Positions 1-8,061 of a DNA stretch of 38,264 bases are shown in pieces. The notes below the pieces were generated by a model. That model saw nothing but the letters and a program-made list of their open reading frames with translations, ran no database searches and was not told where the DNA came from. Made by a program: the position numbers and the translations under genes. This DNA is from Candidatus Levybacteria bacterium RIFCSPLOWO2_01_FULL_39_10. GTDB lineage: Bacteria; Patescibacteriota; Microgenomatia; Levybacterales; UBA12049. The stretch spans positions 40,446-78,709 of the forward strand of contig MFOV01000003.1 of assembly GCA_001782515.1 (NCBI GenBank), given 5' to 3'. The stretch's first letter is position 1. Each line of letters starts with the position of its first letter.

Positions 1-31
1 CGAAAACTTCCCTAAGTCTTTGATTATCCAT
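1..31 (-). CDS. 5' end of an ORF that runs off the left edge (MDNQRLREVF...). rbfA often follows infB at this position, but ten residues cannot confirm that
   Basis: ATG at 31..29 on the minus strand, open to position 1. Confidence 0.2.
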   Translation of the reverse strand, partial: MDNQRLREVF

Positions 32-67
32 ATTAATCGCTTAAGCTCAAAATAAAAAATTAAAGTT

Positions 68-89
68 ATATCTAAAAGATTTTAGATAT
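68..89 (-). terminator. AT-rich hairpin downstream of infB
   Basis: Perfect inverted repeat ATATCTAAAA-GA-TTTTAGATAT (68..77 / 80..89). It is followed on the minus strand by AACTTTAATTTTTTATTTT and lies inside a longer heptad-periodic imperfect palindrome at 49..107. Confidence 0.45.
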
Positions 90-127
90 TATTTATTATT
101 TTTAATTTGCATTCTATAGGCTTAAAT

Positions 128-1564
128 TTAGCTATGGCATATTACCATATCGCCTATATCAAAGTCAAGCTCAGGACCCAGTATTATTCCAGCTTCCTGC
201 CCCTCATCAACTTTTGATATAGGATCTTTTCCTTGTCTGACTGAAACAATTCGCGCTTCACCTATTACCTTGTCCTCCCTTTCAACTCTTACCCTGTCTC
301 CTTTTGCAACTCTTCCCTCAAGAATCTTAATGCCCATGACTTTGGATTTATTGAAAGGGAAGCTGGCCTGAACTTTGGCAATTCCGAATACCTGTTCTTT
401 GAATGAAAGTTCTTTCCCTTCAACTACATCATTTAACTCATCAAGCATCTCATATATAACAGTGTAGTTTTTAAGAGGCACTTTCTCGTTTGAAGCAAAA
501 CTCGCTATATCCGGCTTGATTTTGGTATTAAATGAAAGAATTAGTGCCCCTGTTGATTTTGCAAGCAAAATATCAGATTCTGTGACCTCTCCTGTTTTTT
601 TTAGGATTACGTCTGCTTTCGGCGGTACTGATGCAAGAATTGCTTCAAGTGAACCAACATAGTCTGCAACAAGAATAAGGGAAATAATACTGTCTTTATT
701 TTTTGCATTTTGTGACTCTTCTTTTTTTATTTCACTTTTACTTCCTAGTTTTTCTTTTGTTATAACTGACCCGACATCAGGAGTTTTTTCAAATCCTAAT
801 ATTTCAACTGCGTCACCCACAGTTGCTTGGGTTACCGGTTTACCAATATCAGACAAAAGATTTCTTACTTTGCAGGTAATGTCATTTGCCCAAACCTCAT
901 CCCTGACATTAATTGTTCCGTTTTTAACAACAATTGTTGCTTTTGCGCCTGCTTTTGGATCTTGTTTTGATTCAATAACAACTGCCTCAAAAGGGGAGAG
1001 GGGGGAAGGCTGAGGCTCTTTTGGGTGAAGATCATAAACCAACAAAATTAAATCCAATAACTCTTTAATGTTCGTATTCTGCTTTGCAGAAACCTCAATC
1101 ACTGGAACGTTTCCGCCGTACCCTTCAACCATAACTTTTTCTTTTGCAAGATCCTTTTTAACTTTTTCAGGATTTTTCCCAGGGGAATCGATTTTTGTAA
1201 TAACAACAATGTATGGTATTTTTGACGCTTTAAGAAGTGCTATGCTTTCCTTGGTCTGTGGCATAACAGAGTCGTCAGCGGATACTATCAAAAGCCCAAC
1301 GTCCGAAGCCAGTGCGCCGCGGCTTCTCATCTTTACAAACGCCTGATGTCCCGGTGTATCAATAAAAGTAATCCATCTTTTTTTACCCTCGTGATCGATT
1401 TCAACGCTTGATGCGCCGATTCGCTGAGTTATTCCTCCGCTCTCCCTCTCAGATATAGAGGTTTTTCGAATCACATCAAGAAGCGTGGTTTTGCCATGAT
1501 CAACGTGACCAAGTACGGCTACAACGGGAGGGAACTTTTGAATATTTGTGTCTTTGGTATCCAT
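128..1564 (-). CDS. infB: Translation initiation factor IF-2, minimal form (G domain starts at about residue 13)
   Basis: 478 aa. GTPase motifs VAVLGHVDHGKTTLLD, DTPGH and TKID. C-terminal IF-2 beta-barrel region. Sits directly after nusA as in the conserved operon. Confidence 0.95.
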   Translation of the reverse strand: MDTKDTNIQKFPPVVAVLGHVDHGKTTLLDVIRKTSISERESGGITQRIGASSVEIDHEGKKRWITFIDTPGHQAFVKMRSRGALASDVGLLIVSADDSVMPQTKESIALLKASKIPYIVVITKIDSPGKNPEKVKKDLAKEKVMVEGYGGNVPVIEVSAKQNTNIKELLDLILLVYDLHPKEPQPSPLSPFEAVVIESKQDPKAGAKATIVVKNGTINVRDEVWANDITCKVRNLLSDIGKPVTQATVGDAVEILGFEKTPDVGSVITKEKLGSKSEIKKEESQNAKNKDSIISLILVADYVGSLEAILASVPPKADVILKKTGEVTESDILLAKSTGALILSFNTKIKPDIASFASNEKVPLKNYTVIYEMLDELNDVVEGKELSFKEQVFGIAKVQASFPFNKSKVMGIKILEGRVAKGDRVRVEREDKVIGEARIVSVRQGKDPISKVDEGQEAGIILGPELDFDIGDMVICHS

Positions 1565-1575
1565 AAATTAAATTT

Positions 1576-1670
1576 CGAAACTCGAATATCGAAGCTCGAA
1601 ACAATATCAAAATTCAAATGTTCAAATTTTCTAAACATAGGTTTCGTATTTCGTGCTTCGTATTTCGGAT
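1576..1670. repeat. Inverted pair of 7-nt-periodic arrays filling the nusA-infB spacer
   Basis: CGAA at 1576, 1583, 1590 and 1597. TTCG at 1643, 1650, 1657 and 1664. The arms pair as 4-bp CGAA:TTCG helices separated by 3-nt mismatches. Confidence 0.8.
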
Positions 1671-2879
1671 TTATTCATTTTTTGCGTCTGTGTCAGGATT
1701 TTCAGACTCCATTGGTTGATTTTCAGATACTTCCTCGACTACTTCAGGTGGCTGTTTTTCTGCTTTTGTCACTTCAGCACTTTCTGTTGAAACTGCCTCT
1801 GGTTCAGCCTTAGGCTTTTCTGCGGGTTTTTCTACTGCTTCAGCCTTTTCTTTTTTTTCAGATGCTTTTTCTTCCACTGCTTCCAGCTCCTTTTGTTTTG
1901 CCTCTTTTTGTGCTCTTTCTGAAACTAGAGTTTCATCTCCTTCAATCTCAATTCTGTATCCTGATAATTTTGATGCGAGCCTTACATTCTGGCCATCTTT
2001 TCCAATTGCAAGAGAAAGTTCTTCTTGGGGAACTCTTATGTGTGCTGTTTTTTCTTTTTCATCTATATCAACAACCAGATTTTTAGCAGGGGAGAGAGCT
2101 TGGGTTATAAATTCCTTTGGATCTTCCTGCCATTGGATTATGTCTATTTTTTCAATTCCATTGAATTCATTTATAATTGCCTGCACTCTAACTCCTTTTT
2201 GTCCGACGCATGATCCTACTGGATCAATTCCTGATTGAGTTGATGCAACAGCAATTTTTGCCCTGTTTCCAGCTTCTCTTTCTATTTGCTTTATCTCAAC
2301 CGATCCCTGGGCAACCTCAGGAACTTCACGTCTCAGAAGACCCTCAAGTAAACCATTGTCGGCTCGTGAAACAACAACCTCTTCGCCTCTTGGCCCTTCG
2401 TGAATTTCTTTAAGATATACTGCAAGTTTCTGGTTTAGGAAGTACTTTTCATTTGCAATCTGCTCTTGTGGAGGCATAATTCCTTCTGCTTTTCCAATAT
2501 CAACTATGATATTTGGGCCTGCAAATCGCAATATCATGCCGTTTACAATTGTTCCAATTCTGACTTTATAATCTGTGATTATGGCTTCTTTTTCTTTTTC
2601 ACGGATTTTCTGAAGTATCACTTGTTTTGCAGTTTGGGCTGCAATTCTTCCAAAACCAGGTGGCGTAACATCCTCACCCTTATGAAATATCCTCGCCTCC
2701 CCCGAATTCGGGTCTAGCGTCGCAGAATATTCTTCAAGTTCGACGTCTGGATGGTCTTTTCGATAAGCTGCAACAATTGCATTTTCAACTGTCTCTAAGA
2801 CTATTTTGGGGTCTATTCCCCTCTCATTTGCTACCTGATTTAAAGCGAGTGCAAATTCGCTCCTTTGAATTGCCGGCAT
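1671..2879 (-). CDS. nusA: Transcription termination/antitermination factor NusA with a Lys/Glu-rich tail
   Basis: 402 aa. N-terminal NusA domain (IVLETVENAIVAAYRK), an S1 domain, and two KH GxxG motifs (VGQKGVRVQ, IGKDGQNVR). Confidence 0.95.
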   Translation of the reverse strand: MPAIQRSEFALALNQVANERGIDPKIVLETVENAIVAAYRKDHPDVELEEYSATLDPNSGEARIFHKGEDVTPPGFGRIAAQTAKQVILQKIREKEKEAIITDYKVRIGTIVNGMILRFAGPNIIVDIGKAEGIMPPQEQIANEKYFLNQKLAVYLKEIHEGPRGEEVVVSRADNGLLEGLLRREVPEVAQGSVEIKQIEREAGNRAKIAVASTQSGIDPVGSCVGQKGVRVQAIINEFNGIEKIDIIQWQEDPKEFITQALSPAKNLVVDIDEKEKTAHIRVPQEELSLAIGKDGQNVRLASKLSGYRIEIEGDETLVSERAQKEAKQKELEAVEEKASEKKEKAEAVEKPAEKPKAEPEAVSTESAEVTKAEKQPPEVVEEVSENQPMESENPDTDAKNE

Positions 2880-2884
2880 AATAA

Positions 2885-2919
2885 AAAGATTAAAGATTAA
2901 ACATAAAATCTTAAATCTT
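2885..2919. repeat. Five heptads forming a hairpin 6 nt upstream of the nusA start codon
   Basis: AAAGATT AAAGATT AAACATA AAATCTT AAATCTT. 2886..2898 pairs with 2907..2919 at 12 of 13 positions. Confidence 0.8.
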
Positions 2920-3018
2920 GTTTATGAAGTATACCAGAAAATGAGGCTAGCTTCAAGGCAAAGTGGAATTATTTCGTTTGACTTTTCAATTTTTGTTTAG
3001 TAATTCAATTCTGTATCA

Positions 3019-3058
3019 GTAGACTAGTCTACGGGACCGTTGCAGGTATACTAGTATA
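3019..3058. repeat. Two perfect palindromes, each centred on ACTAGT
   Basis: GTAGACTAGTCTAC at 3019..3032 and TATACTAGTATA at 3047..3058, in the spacer between the clp-like gene and nusA. Confidence 0.6.
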
Positions 3059-3077
3059 ACTGTGTTAAATATAAAAC

Positions 3078-5447
3078 TTACGCCTGTTTGGTAATCTGAA
3101 GATTTGAACTTTGATCTGCGGATATAACAATTTTATCTCCCCTTACCATTTCGCCTGATAATATCTTTTTGGCAAGAACATCATCTACATTATCCTGAAT
3201 AAATCTCCTCAGAGGCCTGGCGCCGAACTCTTCGTTATAACCATTTTTTGAAATCATATCCAAAGCAGTCTGATCAAAAGATAAGTATATATCCTGTTCT
3301 GACAGTTTTGCCGAAAGATCCTTAAGCATAATGCCAGTAATTTGGCTTATTTCTGCCTGCATAAGAGGCTTAAACATAACGACCTCGTCAAACCTATTCA
3401 AAAGCTCAGGCCTGAATATTCCTTGTTCCTGAATATATTCAAGAAGTGCTTTATTATTAAGTGTTGTGTTCAATGAATTATCTTTTACTAAACTTTCCCT
3501 GATAAACTCAGACCCGGCGTTTGAAGTTGCAATAATAATCGCGTTTGAGAAAGAAAAGGTTTTGCCAGCGCTGTCAGTCATTCTTCCGTCATCAAGAACT
3601 TGGAGAAAAAGATTTAAAATTTTGGAATCCGCTTTTTCAAACTCATCAAGAAGAACTAAAGAAAAAGGATGGGCGTGAATCTGGTCCAAAAACTTGCCGC
3701 TTCCCGATTCAATAAGACGTGTGAGTCCGTCCTCAGTTCCATATTCACTCATATCAAGTCTTACAATATTTGCTTCTCCGCCGAAGTATAGTCTGGCAAG
3801 AGTCTTGGCAGTCTCTGTTTTACCGACCCCTGTTGGACCAAGAAATAAAAATGAAATAGGTTTTTCGCGGGTAATTCCTGCTCTTATTCGCCTCATCGCC
3901 TCAGAAATTGATTTTATTGCCTCATCCTGTCCTATCACGAATTTATGCATTTCACTTTCTAAATTTAGAAGTAGGTTCTTTTCTTTTTCTTTCGGAGCAC
4001 CCATCGGGATTTTGCTCGTCACCTCAATTTTTGAGAGAACATCATCTTCTAAGACTGTTGAATCTCTTCCTTTCGATGTGTAGGCAGAGTTTGCGCTGTC
4101 CATAAGAAGATCAACTGCAATTCCCGGAAGAACACCGTCCATTTTGTATTTCTTGGCAAATTTTGCAGCGGAAACTACAGCCTTATATGAAAGGATAACA
4201 CCGTTCTCATTCTCAATTTCCTCAGTTTTTTCAAAAAGCATTCTAAGAGCATCCGAGAGTCCCGGTTCATCAAGTACGATTATTTCAAATACTTCACGAA
4301 GCGCGTTATTTTCAAAATATTTTTTATACTCCCCTTTTGTCATAGTTGCAATTATCGGCATTTTTCCGTCCTTAAGATACGGAAGCATTGCTCCCGAAAG
4401 ATCAATATTGAATGATGCGCCTCCCAATAAATTTTGAAATTCAGGTATATATAAAACTACATTTACAGAATGTTTTACTTCCTCAATTACAGCCTGAAGC
4501 CTTGTCTCAAGCTCAGATCTGTTACCTGCTCCTGCAACAAGAGGACCAATCATAAGCTCAAGAAATCTTTTGTGATTAAGTTTTTTAGGAAGCTGGCCTT
4601 CATAACTTTGGTAAATAAAATTCTCAACAAGATTTGATTTTCCAGTTCCGATGTCTCCAACAAGAAGCACATTATTGTTAGTCTCTTTCTGCATTGCATC
4701 TATGAGTGTTTTGTACTCCGTTTCTCTGCCATCCACCATGGTTTTCCTTTTAATATTTGAATAGGTATGATCTCTTGTATATTTCATGGTTTCAGGCGTC
4801 CAGCCCCAAACCAAAAGCTCTCCAATTCCAACCCCAGCGTACCGCGGCTTAAACTGCCTGGGTTCCTCCTCTTCAAATATTATTCTTGCCCAGTGGTCAA
4901 TGTTTATAATGTCTTCCTCTTTTAATTTTTTATTAAAAAGGAGCTTGGTTGTGGCTTCGGTCAAAACTAAATAGGAAGTTAAAAGATCAGTTGATGTGAT
5001 ATATTTTCCTTTGAGTTTTTTTGCGATTTCTGCAGCTTTATCTGTAAGTTCTTTTGTCGGCACGTCAAGTGAAACAATTTCATTCTCTGAGATTACTGCT
5101 TTATCTAAAAGAAACTTTGTCTGTTTTAATTTATTGACTGCTGTTAAAAAGGCGGGTGTGTTGTCTTTTTTAAAAACTGCAATGAGTGCTTCTTTTGTAA
5201 ATGCATCAAAAATGTCCTGGGGATTATCGTTTAATGAAGCAGATGGTCGTACAACTTCAAGTGAAAATTTAACGAATACTTCAATAATTATAAAAACTGA
5301 GAGTAAAAAAAGAAAAAAGTTCGGACTATTCCCTGATATATACATGAAAAGGCTCAAAAGTATCAGAACATTTATAACTGCCACTCTAACTATAAATACC
5401 GGAATTGAATGGTAAAAAAGCATTATTCTTATTTTTACATCTCTCAT
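3078..5447 (-). CDS. Membrane-anchored Clp/Hsp100-family double AAA+ ATPase (ClpA/ClpC-like layout)
   Basis: 789 aa. About 60 hydrophobic N-terminal residues, then Clp N-domain-like repeats. NBD1 has Walker A GDIGTGKS but Walker B reads VVLYIPE. NBD2 has GPTGVGKT, LVLLDEFEKA and sensor-2 GARPLRR. Confidence 0.85.
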   Translation of the reverse strand: MRDVKIRIMLFYHSIPVFIVRVAVINVLILLSLFMYISGNSPNFFLFLLSVFIIIEVFVKFSLEVVRPSASLNDNPQDIFDAFTKEALIAVFKKDNTPAFLTAVNKLKQTKFLLDKAVISENEIVSLDVPTKELTDKAAEIAKKLKGKYITSTDLLTSYLVLTEATTKLLFNKKLKEEDIINIDHWARIIFEEEEPRQFKPRYAGVGIGELLVWGWTPETMKYTRDHTYSNIKRKTMVDGRETEYKTLIDAMQKETNNNVLLVGDIGTGKSNLVENFIYQSYEGQLPKKLNHKRFLELMIGPLVAGAGNRSELETRLQAVIEEVKHSVNVVLYIPEFQNLLGGASFNIDLSGAMLPYLKDGKMPIIATMTKGEYKKYFENNALREVFEIIVLDEPGLSDALRMLFEKTEEIENENGVILSYKAVVSAAKFAKKYKMDGVLPGIAVDLLMDSANSAYTSKGRDSTVLEDDVLSKIEVTSKIPMGAPKEKEKNLLLNLESEMHKFVIGQDEAIKSISEAMRRIRAGITREKPISFLFLGPTGVGKTETAKTLARLYFGGEANIVRLDMSEYGTEDGLTRLIESGSGKFLDQIHAHPFSLVLLDEFEKADSKILNLFLQVLDDGRMTDSAGKTFSFSNAIIIATSNAGSEFIRESLVKDNSLNTTLNNKALLEYIQEQGIFRPELLNRFDEVVMFKPLMQAEISQITGIMLKDLSAKLSEQDIYLSFDQTALDMISKNGYNEEFGARPLRRFIQDNVDDVLAKKILSGEMVRGDKIVISADQSSNLQITKQA

Positions 5448-5451
5448 AATC

Positions 5452-5784
5452 TTAAAGGAATAAAATTGTAATTGTTATAAAAGGCCACCAGATAAATAGT
5501 ATAAAAACCAAAAACTCAAGGAAAATAATAAATCCAAAAATTATAAGGTCAACAAAGATAAGGGCTGTTTTTACAACTATTCCCATTCCGATTGAAAATG
5601 CAACCAGCCCTTTTCTGTATTCATTTTTAATGGGCTTAAAGAAGGTTCTAATAAGAAGCGGGAGTGATAATATTTGAATTACAGAATGGTTAATGTCAGC
5701 AAATAACTTGAATAGTCTAATTGGGGTTTCAATATACCAAAATTTTATAAATAGAACTGGTAAGGAAAGTAAAATGCTGGGCAT
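5452..5784 (-). CDS. Small polytopic membrane protein of unknown function
   Basis: 110 aa, strongly hydrophobic. Its stop codon is 4 nt from the clp-like start, so the two genes are probably co-transcribed. Confidence 0.5.
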   Translation of the reverse strand: MPSILLSLPVLFIKFWYIETPIRLFKLFADINHSVIQILSLPLLIRTFFKPIKNEYRKGLVAFSIGMGIVVKTALIFVDLIIFGFIIFLEFLVFILFIWWPFITITILFL

Positions 5785-5814
5785 TAATACAAGTATAAAA
5801 TTAGCGAGAACAAA

Positions 5815-6470
5815 TTACAAATTAGCTCTTCTTACCAGAAAATCCATTTCGGCTTTGGGGTTACCCTCCTGTTTCTCAATAATAAAACCTGCTTCGCCGA
5901 ATAATTCTTCGGGTCGTCCTTCTCTCATTGCGCCTGCGAGAAGTCTTACAAACGCAAATCTTCCGGGTTTTAATATCTGTCCGTATTTTGGTATCACCTG
6001 CTCCGGAAAATAGTAAGCTGCTCCGTTACTATCAAGTATAAAATCGAATTGTCTGTCAAATATATGTGTCTCTATTGGACCAACTATCATCTCATCCACC
6101 CTGAACCTTTCATCATATAGCGCTGCTTGTTCTGCGTGTTTGGGATGGAGTGTAATACCGGTTGTTCTTATTCTGTTACCAAGTCCTTCATACGCATGTT
6201 TTGATTCGATTCTTCCACCTTTTTAAATTGTACAAGCGCTCTTCCAATACCGCATCCGCCATCCAAAACCTCTATTCTTCTATTTGGATACCTATCAACA
6301 AGTTCCCAAAGATGGGCAAAAAAATCGAATTCAATAAGATTTAACTCAGGCAAAGGTCTATCTGTTCCATATGTATAACTATCAGCTCCATATGTAGAAA
6401 CAGGTTTTTCGTCTAATTTTAAAACATGCTCATGAGTAATCTGAAAAGGAGGTCTTAAAGGTTCATTCAT
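5815..6470 (-). pseudogene. Class I SAM-dependent methyltransferase split by a 1-nt frame change
   Basis: The upstream ORF (6470..6168) carries motif I VLDGGCGIGRAL. The downstream frame is open from 6222 (KGGRIESKHAYEGLGNRIRTTGITLHP...) and runs into ORF 6099..5815. The junction lies at an A5 run (minus-strand AAAAAG, 6219..6224). Confidence 0.7.
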
Positions 6471-6480
6471 AGTAAAAAAA

Positions 6481-7794
6481 TTAATTAACTATCGGTAGAA
6501 CAATCCGAGGGCCTGTAACTCTACCTGTTTCATCTAGTTCTTCTGAGGCAAAAATTACCTGTTCTCGAGTGGCTGGATGAAATGTAACAAAGTCTGATTT
6601 ATAATCCTCCGACTGAGGATCCTCATCTTGAATTGAATGTTGAATGCTCAAATCATGTCGCTCTAAGACTTCTCCAAATCTTCTAATACTCCCTGTTACG
6701 TCTTTCAAGCTAAATCTAAGATACCATTTCCCTTTGGATTTATTAGGATCTAGTAATCTATACCCACCATCTAATGTAGGTAATGGTTCAATTATTCCTC
6801 TTCTTCTGTAATCAGCAAGTCGTCTTAGATCAGCCATTACAGCACTTGTTGTTGCTTCTCTACCTGCCCCTGGACCTTCTATTGTAATAGGTGTTCCATT
6901 GCGGGTATTTATTCTTAAACTGTTCTGTTCATTTTTTACTTTTGAGAGAGGATTATCATTACTAACCAGTGCAGGACTTACCCAAACCTCAATTTCTTCG
7001 TTATCTTGTTTTCTAGCAACCACCATTGGCTTAATTGAATATCCAGGACCTCTTTTTCTATTCTTTCTCCTACGCATAGTCCCTATCCAGCTAGCAATAT
7101 CCATATCATCTAAGGTTACGCCTGTTATTCCCTGCGGAGTAATTTCTTCAGGGTTAAACTGAGTATTCCATGCAAGTGATGCTAAAAATATAATTTTATC
7201 TCTTGCATCTAAGCCTTGCACATCTCTATCCGGATTTGGCTCTACTAATTTTCTATCCTCAGCTAGCTGGAGTGCTTCATCATACGTCAGTCCATCTTCA
7301 AACATTCTTGTGAAGACATAATTTGTGCTGCCATTGGGAATTCCGTCTATGCTTAATATATCCTCTCCGTCGAAGTATCTTAATGCTGCCATGATTGGAA
7401 TTTTTCCACCCACTGTTGCTTCAAATCCCATATTCCGTCCCATTTTTCTTGCTGAGGCAAACTTGGTTTTAGCCTCGTATGCCATTAATTCTTTGTTTGC
7501 GGTAATAAAATCTTTCTCAGATGCAAACGCTCTATCTGCATACTCAGAAGCTGCGGATCTAACGCCAGTTAACTCAATTACAATATCTACGTCTGGCTTA
7601 TTAAAAATTTCCTCCTTATCTGTTGTATAATTATAATCTGCTGGAAATTCTCGATCTTTTGTAGGATCATCTATAAGCACTGCCTCAAGCCTTAATCCTT
7701 GATCTTCACCATGCTCATTTAATTCTCTAATGACGCCGCCTCCAACTGTACCTGCACCAATTAATCCAACACCAATCGTTTCTTTTCTTCCCAT
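6481..7794 (-). CDS. hom: Homoserine dehydrogenase with a C-terminal ACT-like domain
   Basis: 437 aa. Rossmann motif GLIGAGTVGGG, plus GFEATVGGKIPI, NGSTNY and EGPGAGREATTSAV. Confidence 0.85.
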   Translation of the reverse strand: MGRKETIGVGLIGAGTVGGGVIRELNEHGEDQGLRLEAVLIDDPTKDREFPADYNYTTDKEEIFNKPDVDIVIELTGVRSAASEYADRAFASEKDFITANKELMAYEAKTKFASARKMGRNMGFEATVGGKIPIMAALRYFDGEDILSIDGIPNGSTNYVFTRMFEDGLTYDEALQLAEDRKLVEPNPDRDVQGLDARDKIIFLASLAWNTQFNPEEITPQGITGVTLDDMDIASWIGTMRRRKNRKRGPGYSIKPMVVARKQDNEEIEVWVSPALVSNDNPLSKVKNEQNSLRINTRNGTPITIEGPGAGREATTSAVMADLRRLADYRRRGIIEPLPTLDGGYRLLDPNKSKGKWYLRFSLKDVTGSIRRFGEVLERHDLSIQHSIQDEDPQSEDYKSDFVTFHPATREQVIFASEELDETGRVTGPRIVLPIVN

Positions 7795-7811
7795 ATTTTT
7801 AGTGAGGAGTG

Positions 7812-7841
7812 ATTATACAACCTGAAGATTTATTTTAGCAA
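7812..7841 (-). promoter_or_regulatory. Candidate sigma70-type promoter of hom
   Basis: Minus strand TTGCTA-18 nt-TATAAT. The -10 box ends 17 nt before the ATG and no SD is visible. Confidence 0.4.
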
Positions 7842-7946
7842 GTTACAAAAATAAATCTGTCTATTCAGTACCGTAGACTGTACCACTGTACCGGATACCG
7901 AACTGAATTATTTTCTATTTAAGGGGTATTAAATTACAATAATTAA

Positions 7947-7970
7947 GAAGGGCTAAAACCAGCCTTTTTT
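7947..7970 (+). terminator. Orphan hairpin plus T-run in the hom-purH divergent spacer
   Basis: GAAGGGCT-AAAACC-AGCCTTTTTTC, upstream of the purH promoter. No annotated gene ends here. Confidence 0.3.
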
Positions 7971-8020
7971 CTTTGCTCCGTCAAATTCCCGAGACGATAA
8001 TAGGAATTACGTAAATCTTG

Positions 8021-8049
8021 TTGACATAGTAGTAAAACTTTTATATAAA
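8021..8049 (+). promoter_or_regulatory. Candidate purH promoter
   Basis: TTGACA (8021..8026)-17 nt-TATAAA (8044..8049). The ATG lies 12 nt after the -10 box and there is no SD. Confidence 0.55.
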
Positions 8050-8061
8050 CGGGTTAGTTTT

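Noticed and set aside
1068-2717. Plus-strand ORFs of 62-105 aa inside infB and nusA (1068..1346, 1496..1813, 1862..2086, 2025..2213, 2038..2238, 2210..2413, 2466..2717)
   Set aside because: They are antisense shadow frames of well-supported minus-strand genes, with low-complexity Phe/Leu/Ser-rich translations and no start context.
3466-5415. Plus-strand ORFs inside the clp-like gene, and similar antisense ORFs inside hom, purH, dnaK, hrcA, metG, wecA-like, groEL (27644..29126), the cohesin/PKD gene (30328..30738), pilN and the 445-aa gene
   Set aside because: Each lies fully within a longer ORF that carries clear family motifs, so these are shadow frames typical of the opposite strand.
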